This document shows positions 40,321 through 49,969 of a stretch of 64,000 nt of DNA, piece after piece. Every line of letters starts with the position of its first letter. Within the stretch, counting starts at the first letter, position 1. The stretch is from positions 1 through 64,000 of the forward strand of contig CAWDKY010000025.1 in NCBI GenBank assembly GCA_963802945.1, given 5' to 3'. The stretch is from an uncultured delta proteobacterium. Its GTDB lineage: Bacteria; Desulfobacterota; RBG-13-43-22. Under the pieces are notes generated by a model that had not been told where the DNA came from, did not search any database, and worked only from the letters and a program-made list of their open reading frames with translations. The position numbers were made by a program, and so were the translations under genes.

Positions 40321-41655
40321 TTAACCGGAGGAATGATCTGAGGAAGTCCTGAAATCCTGGTCAAAGGCTTCCTCATAGAAAGGAAGTTGGGAGTCCGAGT
40401 AATCTATCTGAAGTTCGAGGGAGTTGGGTTTGGGTGGGGGTCTCTGATTGGTTTGCCATAAGCCCAAGTGCAAAAGAATCTTGTTGATTACTTCCTGATC
40501 GTCTATAATACTGATAATCCGCATCGGCCCTTGGCATTTGGGGCAGGTCAGGGGATCGACTTCGTAAATCTTTTGAATCAAGCGAGCCCAATTCCGGTTG
40601 GGTTTGGCGTTCTCATCTGGTTCCAGGACACAGGGAATGAGGGCATCTTCATTTTCTTTTTGACGAAGTCCCCGGGAGACGTTACTATAGAAACCATAAT
40701 AGCGAACCATTTGTTCACGCTGATCGGGGATATGGGAGGTCATGGCCGCCAGCCAATCTAAGGCATCGAAGATTTTTTCTTGCCGGTTGTCCTTGGAGCG
40801 GTAGATGATCCGGGATTCTTCCGGGAGATAGGGCATTCGTTCCTGAGAGAAAGAGGCCCGGATGATATAGCGTGCCAGGTTTTCCATAGCCTCTTTTTTT
40901 CTTGGCAGGATTCGGGGTCCGCAAAAAACCTGAAATCCCGAATGCCTCCAGGATTTCAGCAGATTAATATGATCGGGAGTGATTTTACCTTTAGAGAGAA
41001 GCAAGGTAAGAACTTTGGATCTGTAGATTTTTTCCAGATATTTAAGATTAACAGTCGGGACGACCTTAAAAAAACCCTTCTCGGGGAAACAACCATCGGT
41101 AATCAGAACATGGCCGTGGGGGTTAAAGCCCAGAAAATCTCCAAAGGTTTGGATGGCGATGACCGCCCCCGGAACGGATTTTTTACCCGGGTGGGAATGT
41201 TGATAATAGATTTTCAAAGATTCCCAAATACAGCGGCTGAGTTCTAAAAGCAACCTTCGATCGTAGAGAAAATATCTTCGCAAAATTTTAGGGATACCGA
41301 ACACGAAATGCCTGTGAGGGACGGCTTTAATTACGTTTTGACAGAGCCATTCCCCGAATTCCACTACCCTCTTTTGATGACAGGATGGGCAAAAGTGACG
41401 GCGTTTACAAGAAAAGGCCAATAGATATTCATGGCCGCAGTCTTCGCACTTGATCCTGGCAAAACCGTTGAGGAGATTGCCACAATCCAGATACCTCTCC
41501 ATAACCTTTCTGACATGTGGTCGAAAGAATCCGTATATCCTTTCAAAACGATCTTCATAAACTTGTTCCAGGGTTTCAAGGTGGTCTTCAACGCAGCGAT
41601 AGTAAGGGGTCTGTTTGGGATTTCGAGGACGGTATACGGGTGAAGGGACGAGCAT
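40321..41655 (-). CDS. IS91-family (HUH) transposase
   Basis: Zn domain CGN..GFARIKCEDC..FSCKRRHFCPSC, QTFG..NPHGH (HUH), WRHSGF, ENLARYIIR, VRYYGFY, YEVDPLTCPKC. Confidence 0.93.
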   Translation of the reverse strand: MLVPSPVYRPRNPKQTPYYRCVEDHLETLEQVYEDRFERIYGFFRPHVRKVMERYLDCGNLLNGFARIKCEDCGHEYLLAFSCKRRHFCPSCHQKRVVEFGEWLCQNVIKAVPHRHFVFGIPKILRRYFLYDRRLLLELSRCIWESLKIYYQHSHPGKKSVPGAVIAIQTFGDFLGFNPHGHVLITDGCFPEKGFFKVVPTVNLKYLEKIYRSKVLTLLLSKGKITPDHINLLKSWRHSGFQVFCGPRILPRKKEAMENLARYIIRASFSQERMPYLPEESRIIYRSKDNRQEKIFDALDWLAAMTSHIPDQREQMVRYYGFYSNVSRGLRQKENEDALIPCVLEPDENAKPNRNWARLIQKIYEVDPLTCPKCQGPMRIISIIDDQEVINKILLHLGLWQTNQRPPPKPNSLELQIDYSDSQLPFYEEAFDQDFRTSSDHSSG

Positions 41656-41811
41656 GTTGCTGGAGACTGCATATTCTTTGCCATTTCATTTAGGTCGTTA
41701 TTTTAAGCAAAATACGGGATAATGAAGAATAATGTTGTAGATAACAGCGAAGAAACTTTACACCGATTGGAACTTTTAGTTTCAAATCAGAAAAAAGAAA
41801 TATTTTTTTGG

Positions 41812-43126
41812 ATGAAGAAAATTGGCCTCTTTCGTTTGCCCTGACTTCCCGCAATCCGCAATCCGCAATCCACAATCCGATTTTGATGTTATTGTCATCG
41901 GCGCCGGGGCCTCAGGGATGATGGCTGCGGGCCGGGCTGCGGAAATGGGGGCCCGAGTCCTTTTGTTGGAAAAGATGCCCCGCGTTGGATTGAAGCTCGG
42001 TATAACTGGCAAAGGGCGTTGCAATTTGACTAACCAGGGCGACATCAATGCCTTTCTGGACAGTTATTCTCCGGACGGCCGGTTTCTCCGAAATTGTCTG
42101 GCCCGTTTTTTTAATCAGGATTTGATGAATTTTTTTGAACAGCGTGGGGTGCCTTTAGTCGTGGAAAGGGGAGGGCGGGTTTTTCCAAAATCAAATCGGG
42201 CCCTGGATGTAGTTTCCGCTCTGGTGGGTTTTATAAGAGAGAAGAAAGTTACAATAGTCAAAGAAGATCCAGTCCAGGAAGTCATGGTTCATTCCGGCCA
42301 AGTGGAAGGGGTCGAGACACAAAATGGAGCCTTCAGGGCCCAGGCCGTAATTTTGGCCACAGGCGGGGCCTCATACCGGAAGACCGGTTCGACCGGGGAA
42401 GGTTTTCGAATGGCACAACAGGCTGGTCATAAGATTGTACCCATCCGTCCTTTTTTAATCCCTTTGAAAGTCAAGGACCCTTGGGTCAAAGAACTCCAGG
42501 GGCTTTCTTTAAAAAATGTCTCGGCATCTGTATTAATAAATGGCCGGAAGGATTGTTCGGAGTTTGGAGAGATGCTTTTTACCCATTTCGGGGTTTCCGG
42601 ACCGATCATCCTGACCCTGAGCGGCCGGGTGGCCGATGTCCTCAAACAAGGCCGAGTAGAAATCTCAATTAATCTTAAACCCGCTTTAACCCAGGAACAA
42701 CTGGATGAGAGATTGAAAAGAGAATTGAAGACCCATCATCTCAAAGGACTACAAGGGATATTGAAATTTTTATTGCCCAACAGGATGATCCCGGTTTTTC
42801 TGGCCCTTTCCCAAATTCCAAGGGATAAAAAAGGAAATCAGATTACCGCAGAAGAACGCTCACGAATGAGGACCTTGCTCAGCGACTTCAGAATGACAGT
42901 GACCGGGACCCGGCCTCTGGAAGAGGCGATCATCACTGCCGGCGGTGTTCTCTTGAAAGAGGTGAATCCCAAAACCATGGAATCGAGAATTATCAGCGGA
43001 CTTTTTCTTTGCGGCGAGGTTTTGGATATTCAGGGTAAAACCGGCGGCTACAACCTGCAGGCCGCCTTTTCTACCGGCTGGGTGGCCGGAGAGAGTGCGG
43101 CGAAACGAGTGACAAGTGACGAATGA
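41812..43126 (+). CDS. HI0933/YhiN-family NAD(P)/FAD-dependent oxidoreductase
   Basis: GAGASG, TGKGRCNLTN, GRVFP, ATGGASY, GEMLFTHFGVSGP, TAGGV, GGYNLQAAFSTG; ATG 41812 is in frame if one extra C near 41840 is removed, otherwise TTG 41822. Confidence 0.92.
41867..42047 (+). repeat. 181-bp perfect direct repeat, copy 2
   Basis: Identical to 39345-39525. Confidence 0.95.
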
Positions 43127-43193
43127 CGAGTTACGAGTTTAAAAACATTTGAAAGGCTGACTTGAAAACCATAACTCGCAATAAAAATCATTT

Positions 43194-44237
43194 ATGACCT
43201 CAAAAATCGATCTCCGAAATCTGACTTTCGAAGAATTGCGGGACTGGATTGCCGGCCTCGGATTAGAGCCTTACCGGGCCGAACAGATCTCTCGTTGGAT
43301 CTTTCAACCGGCCATCACCACCTTTGATCAAATGACTAATTTATCCAAGAAATGGCAAGGCCTTTTCCAGGAGCAGGCTTATTTAAGCAGGTTGTTAATT
43401 CAGAAAATCGAAACATCCTCCGATGGATCTCAAAAATTTCTTTTTAAGTTGGAGGATGGAGAGCATATTGAAAGTGTCCTGATCCCCGAACGGGGTCATT
43501 ACACCTTGTGCATTTCTTCCCAAGTAGGTTGTGCTCAAAAATGCCGTTTTTGTTTTACGGGTAAGATGGGTCTTAAAAGAAACCTCAAGGCTTCGGAGAT
43601 CATCAACCAGATCCTGGGCGTTCAAGAGACATTAAGAGACAAAGATCCCCTTTTGACCAACATTGTTTTAATGGGCATGGGGGAACCCCTGCACAATTTT
43701 GAAAGCACAATTCGGGCCTTAAAGACCATGCTATCCCCGAGGGGAATGCAGTTTTCTCACCGCCATGTAACTCTGTCCACGGCCGGTCTGATTCCGGAGA
43801 TCAAGGCCCTGGGTAAAATCCTTCCGGTAAGTCTGGCGGTTTCCTTGAATGCGGCCGATGATACGACCAGAAATCGCCTGATGCCTGTCAACCGGAAATA
43901 TCCCCTGGAATCCTTGATCCAGACTTGTCGGGAGTTTCCTTTGCCCCACGGTAAAAGGATCACCTTTGAATATATCCTGATTAAAGGCATCAATGATTCC
44001 CCACTGGCAGCCAAGGCCCTGGTCAAATTACTTTCCGGGGTAAAGGCCAAGCTCAATCTGATCCCTTTCAATCCCCATCCCGGCGTTGGCTTTGAACCTC
44101 CTGATGAAAAGGATCTCGTAAGGTTTCAAGATATCTTGATCCGTTCTCAGTATACCGCCATCATCCGTAGAAGCAAGGGGGCCGATATCTCGGCTGCCTG
44201 CGGGCAGCTCCACGCCGAATGGACCTCGCCTCATTAA
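43194..44237 (+). CDS. rlmN: 23S rRNA (adenine2503-C2)-methyltransferase RlmN
   Basis: CISSQVGCAQKCRFC, MGMGEP, LAVSLNA, NLIPFN, DISAACGQL. Confidence 0.96.
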   Translation: MTSKIDLRNLTFEELRDWIAGLGLEPYRAEQISRWIFQPAITTFDQMTNLSKKWQGLFQEQAYLSRLLIQKIETSSDGSQKFLFKLEDGEHIESVLIPERGHYTLCISSQVGCAQKCRFCFTGKMGLKRNLKASEIINQILGVQETLRDKDPLLTNIVLMGMGEPLHNFESTIRALKTMLSPRGMQFSHRHVTLSTAGLIPEIKALGKILPVSLAVSLNAADDTTRNRLMPVNRKYPLESLIQTCREFPLPHGKRITFEYILIKGINDSPLAAKALVKLLSGVKAKLNLIPFNPHPGVGFEPPDEKDLVRFQDILIRSQYTAIIRRSKGADISAACGQLHAEWTSPH

Positions 44238-44281
44238 AAGGATATTCTTTAGAGAAACCAAATGCAGACAGTTTCAATAGG

Positions 44282-44310
44282 TTGACACGATTTCCTTTTA
44301 ATATTATAAT
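44282..44310 (+). promoter_or_regulatory. Consensus sigma70 promoter of hisI-hisG operon
   Basis: TTGACA-17-TATAAT. Confidence 0.85.
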
Positions 44311-44373
44311 GTTTTAAATTGATTAGGAATTCTATTTTTTTACTATTTTTGTTTTCCAAAATGGAAACTTCCC

Positions 44374-44757
44374 ATGGAAATTAAACTTAATTTTGAGAAA
44401 GGAGACGGACTTCTTCCGGCCATCGCCCAGGACTGGCAGACCGGACAGGTCCTCATGATGGCCTTTATGAATCGGGAGGCCTGGGAGAAAACCTTGACCA
44501 CCCGTAAGGCTCATTACTGGAGTCGTTCCAGGAATGAACTTTGGTTTAAAGGCGGCACTTCCGGGCATGTACAGGAGGTCAAAGAGATTCTTGTCGATTG
44601 TGATGGGGATTCCATCTTGTTGAAGGTGGAACAACTTGGCGGGGGGGCTTGTCATATGGGCTATAAGAGCTGTTTCCATCAAAAAATCAAAGAAGACGGG
44701 ACGATGGAAATTGTCGGTAAAAAAGTTTTCGATCCCGAGGAGGTTTATAAAAAATGA
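44374..44757 (+). CDS. hisI: Phosphoribosyl-AMP cyclohydrolase
   Basis: [29 protein letters not shown]. Confidence 0.95.
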   Translation: MEIKLNFEKGDGLLPAIAQDWQTGQVLMMAFMNREAWEKTLTTRKAHYWSRSRNELWFKGGTSGHVQEVKEILVDCDGDSILLKVEQLGGGACHMGYKSCFHQKIKEDGTMEIVGKKVFDPEEVYKK

Positions 44758-45626
44758 ACCCGTTAAAACTAGGCATACCCAAGGGGAGCCTTCAGGAAGC
44801 CACGATTAATCTGTTTAAACAATCGGGCTGGAAAATCGATCTCAACGGCCGGAATTATTTTCCGGAAATTGATGACTCGCAAATCCAATGTTCCATTTGT
44901 CGGGCACAGGAGATGTCCCGTTATGTGGAAAACGGGACCATCGATGTGGGTCTAACCGGAAAAGACTGGACCCTGGAAAACAATTCCAAAGTCAAAGTAG
45001 TGGCCGATCTTTTGTATTCCAAGGTCAGCCATCGTCCGGCCCGCTGGGTCCTGGCCGTGGCCAATGATTCTAAGTACAAAAAAATCGAGGATCTGAGCGG
45101 GAAAAAAATCGCCACTGAGCTAGTGAATTTTACTCGGCGCTATTTTTCCGAAAAAGGCATCCCTGTTCAGGTGGAGTTTTCTTGGGGGGCAACGGAAGGG
45201 AAGATCATCTCCGGTCTGGCCGATGCCATTGTAGAGGTGACTGAGACCGGCAGCACCATCCGGGCCCACGGCCTGAAGATCATCCACGAATTGATGATAT
45301 CCAATACCCAGGTCATTGCCAATCGAGAATCCTGGAAAGACCCCTGGAAAAAAGAAAAGATCAAACAGATCGTTTTGTTGTTGCAGGGGGCCTTACGGGC
45401 GGAAAAGATGGTCGGGCTGAAAATGAATGTCCCGGGAAACAGGCTCAAGGATATAGTGGCCATCCTTCCCAGTCTGAACGCCCCGACTATTGCCAATCTT
45501 TATAACAGTGACTGGTTGTCGGTGGAAACCGTGGTCGAAGAATCCCTGGTCAGAGAATTGATTCCCCAATTGATTCAAAAGGGAGCCGAGGGGATCATTG
45601 AATATCCCTTGAATAAGCTGATTTAA
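44754..45626 (+). CDS. hisG: ATP phosphoribosyltransferase (long form)
   Basis: GIPKGSL, RAQEM, GLTGKDW, SWGATE, ETGSTI, C-terminal regulatory domain. Confidence 0.95.
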   Translation: MNPLKLGIPKGSLQEATINLFKQSGWKIDLNGRNYFPEIDDSQIQCSICRAQEMSRYVENGTIDVGLTGKDWTLENNSKVKVVADLLYSKVSHRPARWVLAVANDSKYKKIEDLSGKKIATELVNFTRRYFSEKGIPVQVEFSWGATEGKIISGLADAIVEVTETGSTIRAHGLKIIHELMISNTQVIANRESWKDPWKKEKIKQIVLLLQGALRAEKMVGLKMNVPGNRLKDIVAILPSLNAPTIANLYNSDWLSVETVVEESLVRELIPQLIQKGAEGIIEYPLNKLI

Positions 45627-45737
45627 GTCATGAGGCAAGGTGCAAAAACGTTCGGCGTTTCCCGCCAGGGGCGGGATTTGTCGAAAAAAGATTTAACAAA
45701 CCCAGACTGTTTCAATAAAAAGATAGAGGAATGCCTA

Positions 45738-46574
45738 ATGACAGTGGTCAATGGCTTTGGATTAAACAGGCATGATATTCAAGGGATTAACGTTGAACGC
45801 TCCTGCCCCTCGCAGGCGCTGAACACCGAACGGAAGGTAAGATGGGTTGTCATCTGGTTGCTATTATCCTTCCTGACCGCCTGTGCCTCTTCCATGGATC
45901 GGAAGGAAGATGCCATGTCGAGTATGCGCGTAGGGCAATCGATGCTTCAGGAAGGGCGTCCCACCCAAGCACTGGCTGAATTAATCAAAGCCAATGACTT
46001 GGATCCGAATAATCCGGAAATACGCAACGTCCTGGGAATAGCCTACATGGAAAAAGGGATGTTTTCCCAGGCTATCAATCAGTTTGAAAAAGCCCTCTTT
46101 CTTAATCCCAATTATGTTGAGGTCCATAATAATATGGGCACGGCCCTCCTCCGGGATGGGAGGGTGAAAGAGGCTATCAAGGAGTTCAATGCGGCCCTGG
46201 AAAATCCGATGTACCCCACTCCCCATTTTGTTCAATACAATTTGGGTCAGGCCTATTTTGCTTTAAAGGAATTTGATAAAGCCCGGGAACATTATTTGGA
46301 GGCCATTAAACTTTCTCCTGATTACAGCCTGGCCTATCACGGATTAGGCTTGGCCTGGAAGGCTACAAACCACATGGAAGAAGCGGCCGAGGCCTTGAAA
46401 AAGGCCATTGAATATGCCCCCAAATTTGCCCAGGCCCATTATGATCTGGGAGAAGTGCTGGTGGAATTAAAGCAAGCCTCTTTGGCCCGATTGGCTTTTC
46501 AGGAAGTCATCAACCTGGCCCCCGAAAGCGATTTGAGGAGAAAGGCCCAACAAAGGTTAAAAGAATTAAAATGA
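45738..46574 (+). CDS. TPR lipoprotein (PilF/PilW-like)
   Basis: Lipobox LTAC, multiple TPR motifs, NPMYPTP; AGGAGGA-like RBS before ATG 45738; start uncertain. Confidence 0.75.
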   Translation: MTVVNGFGLNRHDIQGINVERSCPSQALNTERKVRWVVIWLLLSFLTACASSMDRKEDAMSSMRVGQSMLQEGRPTQALAELIKANDLDPNNPEIRNVLGIAYMEKGMFSQAINQFEKALFLNPNYVEVHNNMGTALLRDGRVKEAIKEFNAALENPMYPTPHFVQYNLGQAYFALKEFDKAREHYLEAIKLSPDYSLAYHGLGLAWKATNHMEEAAEALKKAIEYAPKFAQAHYDLGEVLVELKQASLARLAFQEVINLAPESDLRRKAQQRLKELK

Positions 46575-47755
46575 GAGCTAACAGTCTTGATTTCACGTCG
46601 GTATCCCAACGCGCCCGTGAAATAACCCCTTTTATCGTCATGGATGTCATGGAAAAAGCTCAGGTCATGGAGCGATCAGGGGAAACCATCATCCATCTTG
46701 AAGTGGGAGAACCGGACTTTGATACACCGGAATGTATTAAAGAGGCAGCCATTCAAGCCCTGCGTGAAGGGAAAACGCACTATACCGATAGCCGGGGCCT
46801 TATTGAACTTAGAGAAGCAATAAGCGCCCATTATTTCCGACAATATCGAGTCAGTGTCTCCCCGGATCAAATCATTATTACCTCCGGGACCTCACCAGCC
46901 ATGTTTATGGTCTTTTTGGCCTTGTTGGAACCTGGGCAGGAGGTCATTATTTCCAACCCTCATTATGCCTGTTATCCCAATTTTATCCAATTCGCACAAG
47001 GGAAACCAGTGAAGGTCCAGGTCTTTGAAGAAGATGGTTTTCAATATTATCCGGAAGAAATCCTGAAACGAATCGGACCGCAAACCAAAGGCATTTTTAT
47101 CAACTCCCCGTCCAATCCAACGGGGACTCTTTTGTCAGAGGAACGGATGAAGGCCTTAGCCCAATACGACCCTTATATTATTTCGGACGAGGTTTATCAT
47201 GGGCTGGTCTATGAAGGCCAGGAGCATTCCATTCTGGAGTTTACCGACCGAGCCTTTGTCTTGAACGGTTTTTCTAAATTGTATGCCATGACCGGCTGGC
47301 GTTTGGGCTATTTAATTGCCCCTAAGGAGTTTATTCGCCCCTTACAGAAGATTCATCAAAACTTTTTTATTTCAGCCAACACAGTGGCCCAATGGGCCGG
47401 TATCACCGCTCTGACCCAGGCCCAGGAAGATGTGGCCCGGATGCGGGCCTTATACGATCAGCGTCGAAAAGTGATGATCAAACGGCTTAAAGCGCTGGGA
47501 TTGGGTCTGAAGGTTGAACCGACCGGGGCTTTTTATGTTTTGGCCAATGCCAAAGCTTTCCATCACGATTCCTATAAACTGGCCTTCGATATCCTGAAAA
47601 AAGCCAAGGTGGGGGTGGCCCCGGGGATTGATTTCGGTTCCGGCGCCGAAGGGTTTCTCAGGTTTACCTATGCCAACTCCATTGAGCGGATCGAAGAAGG
47701 AATGGAACGTCTTCAGGCCTATTTGCGCCGGGAAGATTATAAAAAAATTCCATGA
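46571..47755 (+). CDS. Pyridoxal phosphate-dependent aminotransferase class I/II
   Basis: GEPDF, NSPSNPTG, SDEVY, NGFSKLYAMTGWRLGY. Confidence 0.93.
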   Translation: MRANSLDFTSVSQRAREITPFIVMDVMEKAQVMERSGETIIHLEVGEPDFDTPECIKEAAIQALREGKTHYTDSRGLIELREAISAHYFRQYRVSVSPDQIIITSGTSPAMFMVFLALLEPGQEVIISNPHYACYPNFIQFAQGKPVKVQVFEEDGFQYYPEEILKRIGPQTKGIFINSPSNPTGTLLSEERMKALAQYDPYIISDEVYHGLVYEGQEHSILEFTDRAFVLNGFSKLYAMTGWRLGYLIAPKEFIRPLQKIHQNFFISANTVAQWAGITALTQAQEDVARMRALYDQRRKVMIKRLKALGLGLKVEPTGAFYVLANAKAFHHDSYKLAFDILKKAKVGVAPGIDFGSGAEGFLRFTYANSIERIEEGMERLQAYLRREDYKKIP

Positions 47756-48336
47756 TTATTAGGTCAGCGGAATTCATTAAAAGCGGACTGAAAACCGCCC
47801 AATTACCTAAACCTTCTTTCCCGGAGATTGCCTTTGCCGGTCGGTCCAATGTGGGGAAATCCTCATTAATCAATGCTCTATTGCGGAGAAAGTCCCTGGT
47901 CCGAACCAGCCGCAGACCTGGCCAAACCCGAACCTTGAATTTTTTTTTGATCAATGATACTTTCATGCTGGTTGACTTGCCGGGTTATGGTTTTTCCCAG
48001 GCATCCAAAGAGGTGATTGATGCCTATCAGGAAGCCACGGCAACCTATCTGAAGACAAGAACCAATCTGACCCTGGTGGTCTTGTTGCTGGATATTCGCC
48101 GTACCCTCAGTAATTTGGATAAGACTTTTTTCCATTTGATCCAATCCTGCGGCCGAGATGCTTTGCTGGTCTTGACCAAATCAGACACTGTGGGTCGCGG
48201 GTCCTGGGGTAATCACTGGTCGGAAATCGCCAAAGACCTCGATGGCCCACAGCTAAATCCAATATTTTTTTCAGCCAAAACTGGGTTGGGAAGAGATGAA
48301 ATTTGGGCCGGGATCGAAAGCCAGCTTAAGATATAG
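47752..48336 (+). CDS. engB: Ribosome biogenesis GTP-binding protein YihA/EngB
   Basis: GRSNVGKSSLIN, PGQTR, DLPGYG, TKSD, FSAKT. Confidence 0.93.
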   Translation: MIIRSAEFIKSGLKTAQLPKPSFPEIAFAGRSNVGKSSLINALLRRKSLVRTSRRPGQTRTLNFFLINDTFMLVDLPGYGFSQASKEVIDAYQEATATYLKTRTNLTLVVLLLDIRRTLSNLDKTFFHLIQSCGRDALLVLTKSDTVGRGSWGNHWSEIAKDLDGPQLNPIFFSAKTGLGRDEIWAGIESQLKI

Positions 48337-48379
48337 GTTTTAAAATATATTTATCTTAAAAAATAAGAAGGGAGTTAAT

Positions 48380-49066
48380 ATGAAACAAGGAAAGAAAACA
48401 ATCGTGACTATTGGATTATTAACCATAATTTTTGTGCTTGCTTCGATACCGGCTCTGGCTGCTCCGCCTGATAATTATACCTGCAAAATGGTATTTATGG
48501 GCATGTCCATGCCTATGGCCAAGTTAGGTAATAAGACGCGGGTGGAAAATGTAATGATGGGTGGTTTGGTGACCATAAACCTGATGGACGTAAAAAAGTC
48601 CATCACCATGAATACAAAAAACAAGACTTATTTTGAACAACCCACCCAGGAAAGGGTCCCCTCGATTTACAACCCGAATGTGGTCATTGAAAAAAAGAAG
48701 ATCGGAATGGAAACCATTGACGGACATCCTTGTATTAAATATAACGCAGTTTATTATACGAAAGACAAACCGGAAGAAAAATTTAAATCCGTTCTTTGGG
48801 AGGCCCAGGATTTGGGAGGATTGCCTATTAAAAACGAAGTAGTGGTCCCTGAGAATAAACGAAAGGAAGGCGGCCCGGAGAAAGTTGCTTCTGAAATAAA
48901 AGAGATCAAAATAGGTGCCGCTACGGCCGCCATGTTTGAAGTCCCCAAAGATTTCAAAAAAGTCAGCAGCATGAATGAAGTCATGGGTATGGGGCAAGGA
49001 GATATGGGAGAATTAATAAAACAGATGCAAAAAAAGAGCAACTCCAAAGCGCCCAAGGGTGAGTAA
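48380..49066 (+). CDS. Secreted DUF4412-like protein
   Basis: Signal peptide; KTY, G.ETIDGHPC.KY, FEVPKDFKK pattern. Confidence 0.7.
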   Translation: MKQGKKTIVTIGLLTIIFVLASIPALAAPPDNYTCKMVFMGMSMPMAKLGNKTRVENVMMGGLVTINLMDVKKSITMNTKNKTYFEQPTQERVPSIYNPNVVIEKKKIGMETIDGHPCIKYNAVYYTKDKPEEKFKSVLWEAQDLGGLPIKNEVVVPENKRKEGGPEKVASEIKEIKIGAATAAMFEVPKDFKKVSSMNEVMGMGQGDMGELIKQMQKKSNSKAPKGE

Positions 49067-49121
49067 TAACCTAGAACCAACTTGCTTGATACCGCAGGCA
49101 GTGAGAAAAGGATTTCGTTTG

Positions 49122-49516
49122 ATGATTTTTTTTCGGAAAGTTTTTTTATTTTTAGTAGGCACCATCGTCTCGTTGCTGCTTTTTTCGGCCTGCACTACTG
49201 AAAAGGCTTATCAGGTGGGCCCCGCAAGAACCTTCAACGATTCTCTGGTCGAGAAGGCCAATACTTGGCAGGGGGGGCTATTGGGGCTGCTTTAGGCAGC
49301 CCCACGGAAGGGAAGGTAATGGAAATGTCCGTCCGTGCCCTACAAGAAGCGGCTCAGGAAGGAAAACCCGTAGCCTATCTAAGTCTTGATGGATTTCAGC
49401 GAGTAGAGGCTTATCCGGTTGGAAAAGGAACTACCCCCAACTGCCGCTTAATCAGGGAGCAGATTTTTCAGGAGGGTAAGCTGGTTCGTGATGAGGTAAA
49501 GGAAGGTTGTTTATAA
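49122..49516 (+). CDS. Glycine-zipper-like lipoprotein, frameshifted at G7 run (49271-49277)
   Basis: LFSAC lipobox in one frame, GAIGAALG...KPVAY..C...EGC in the next. Confidence 0.55.
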
Positions 49517-49843
49517 TACACGTCCAGTTATCTACAATTTTTTCCCTTTCCGTGTCATTCGCCTATCAATCAACTGCCAGATAGGCTTTATCTTTTTTCC
49601 CAATTAAAAACCCATAATGCCGATCCGTCTCCATTTCCGATGGTATTTTCTTCTAAAATTGAAGACCTCCAACCTGTTTGGCCGAAGTAAAGCAATAGGT
49701 TCATAGGGTTATCTGGGGTTTTAAGATAGTCATAGCCGTTATTAAAAACATCATTGAGGTCCCTGTTGCTGCCGAAATTTAGTTTAACCAATTGGAAAAA
49801 CAAGGAAAAAATTTCCTTTAAATTTTTTGTCCGGCAGTTTATA

Positions 49844-49890
49844 ATACCATCTATTGTAGAATGGATTAAACGCTTCCCCATCTGTTGTAG
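49844..49890 (+). promoter_or_regulatory. Tandem NrdR boxes
   Basis: ATACCATCTATTGTAG (49844) and TCCCCATCTGTTGTAG (49875), 31 bp apart, overlapping TATAAT at 49840, upstream of RNR. Confidence 0.8.
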
Positions 49891-49969
49891 TTGAAACGGC
49901 AAAGTGAGAGCGTTCGCCTCAAACAATAAAATCGAAATTCGGCAGGATAATAGAAAAGGAAATTAAGTC

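Larger units (their letters stand above)
40109..41700 (-). mobile_element. IS91/ISCR-like rolling-circle element (upstream boundary uncertain)
   Basis: Intact transposase followed by ~160-bp conserved end shared with two other loci, terminating ...AAAAGAAAAGTCTTATC. Confidence 0.85.

Noticed and set aside
39345-42047. Direct repeats as a classical target-site duplication or CRISPR
   Set aside because: 181 bp is far too long for a TSD, IS91-family elements make none, and there is no repeat-spacer array or cas gene.
49588-49926. 112-aa minus-strand ORF upstream of nrdJ
   Set aside because: Overlaps the NrdR boxes and promoter, has no RBS or motifs; likely spurious.
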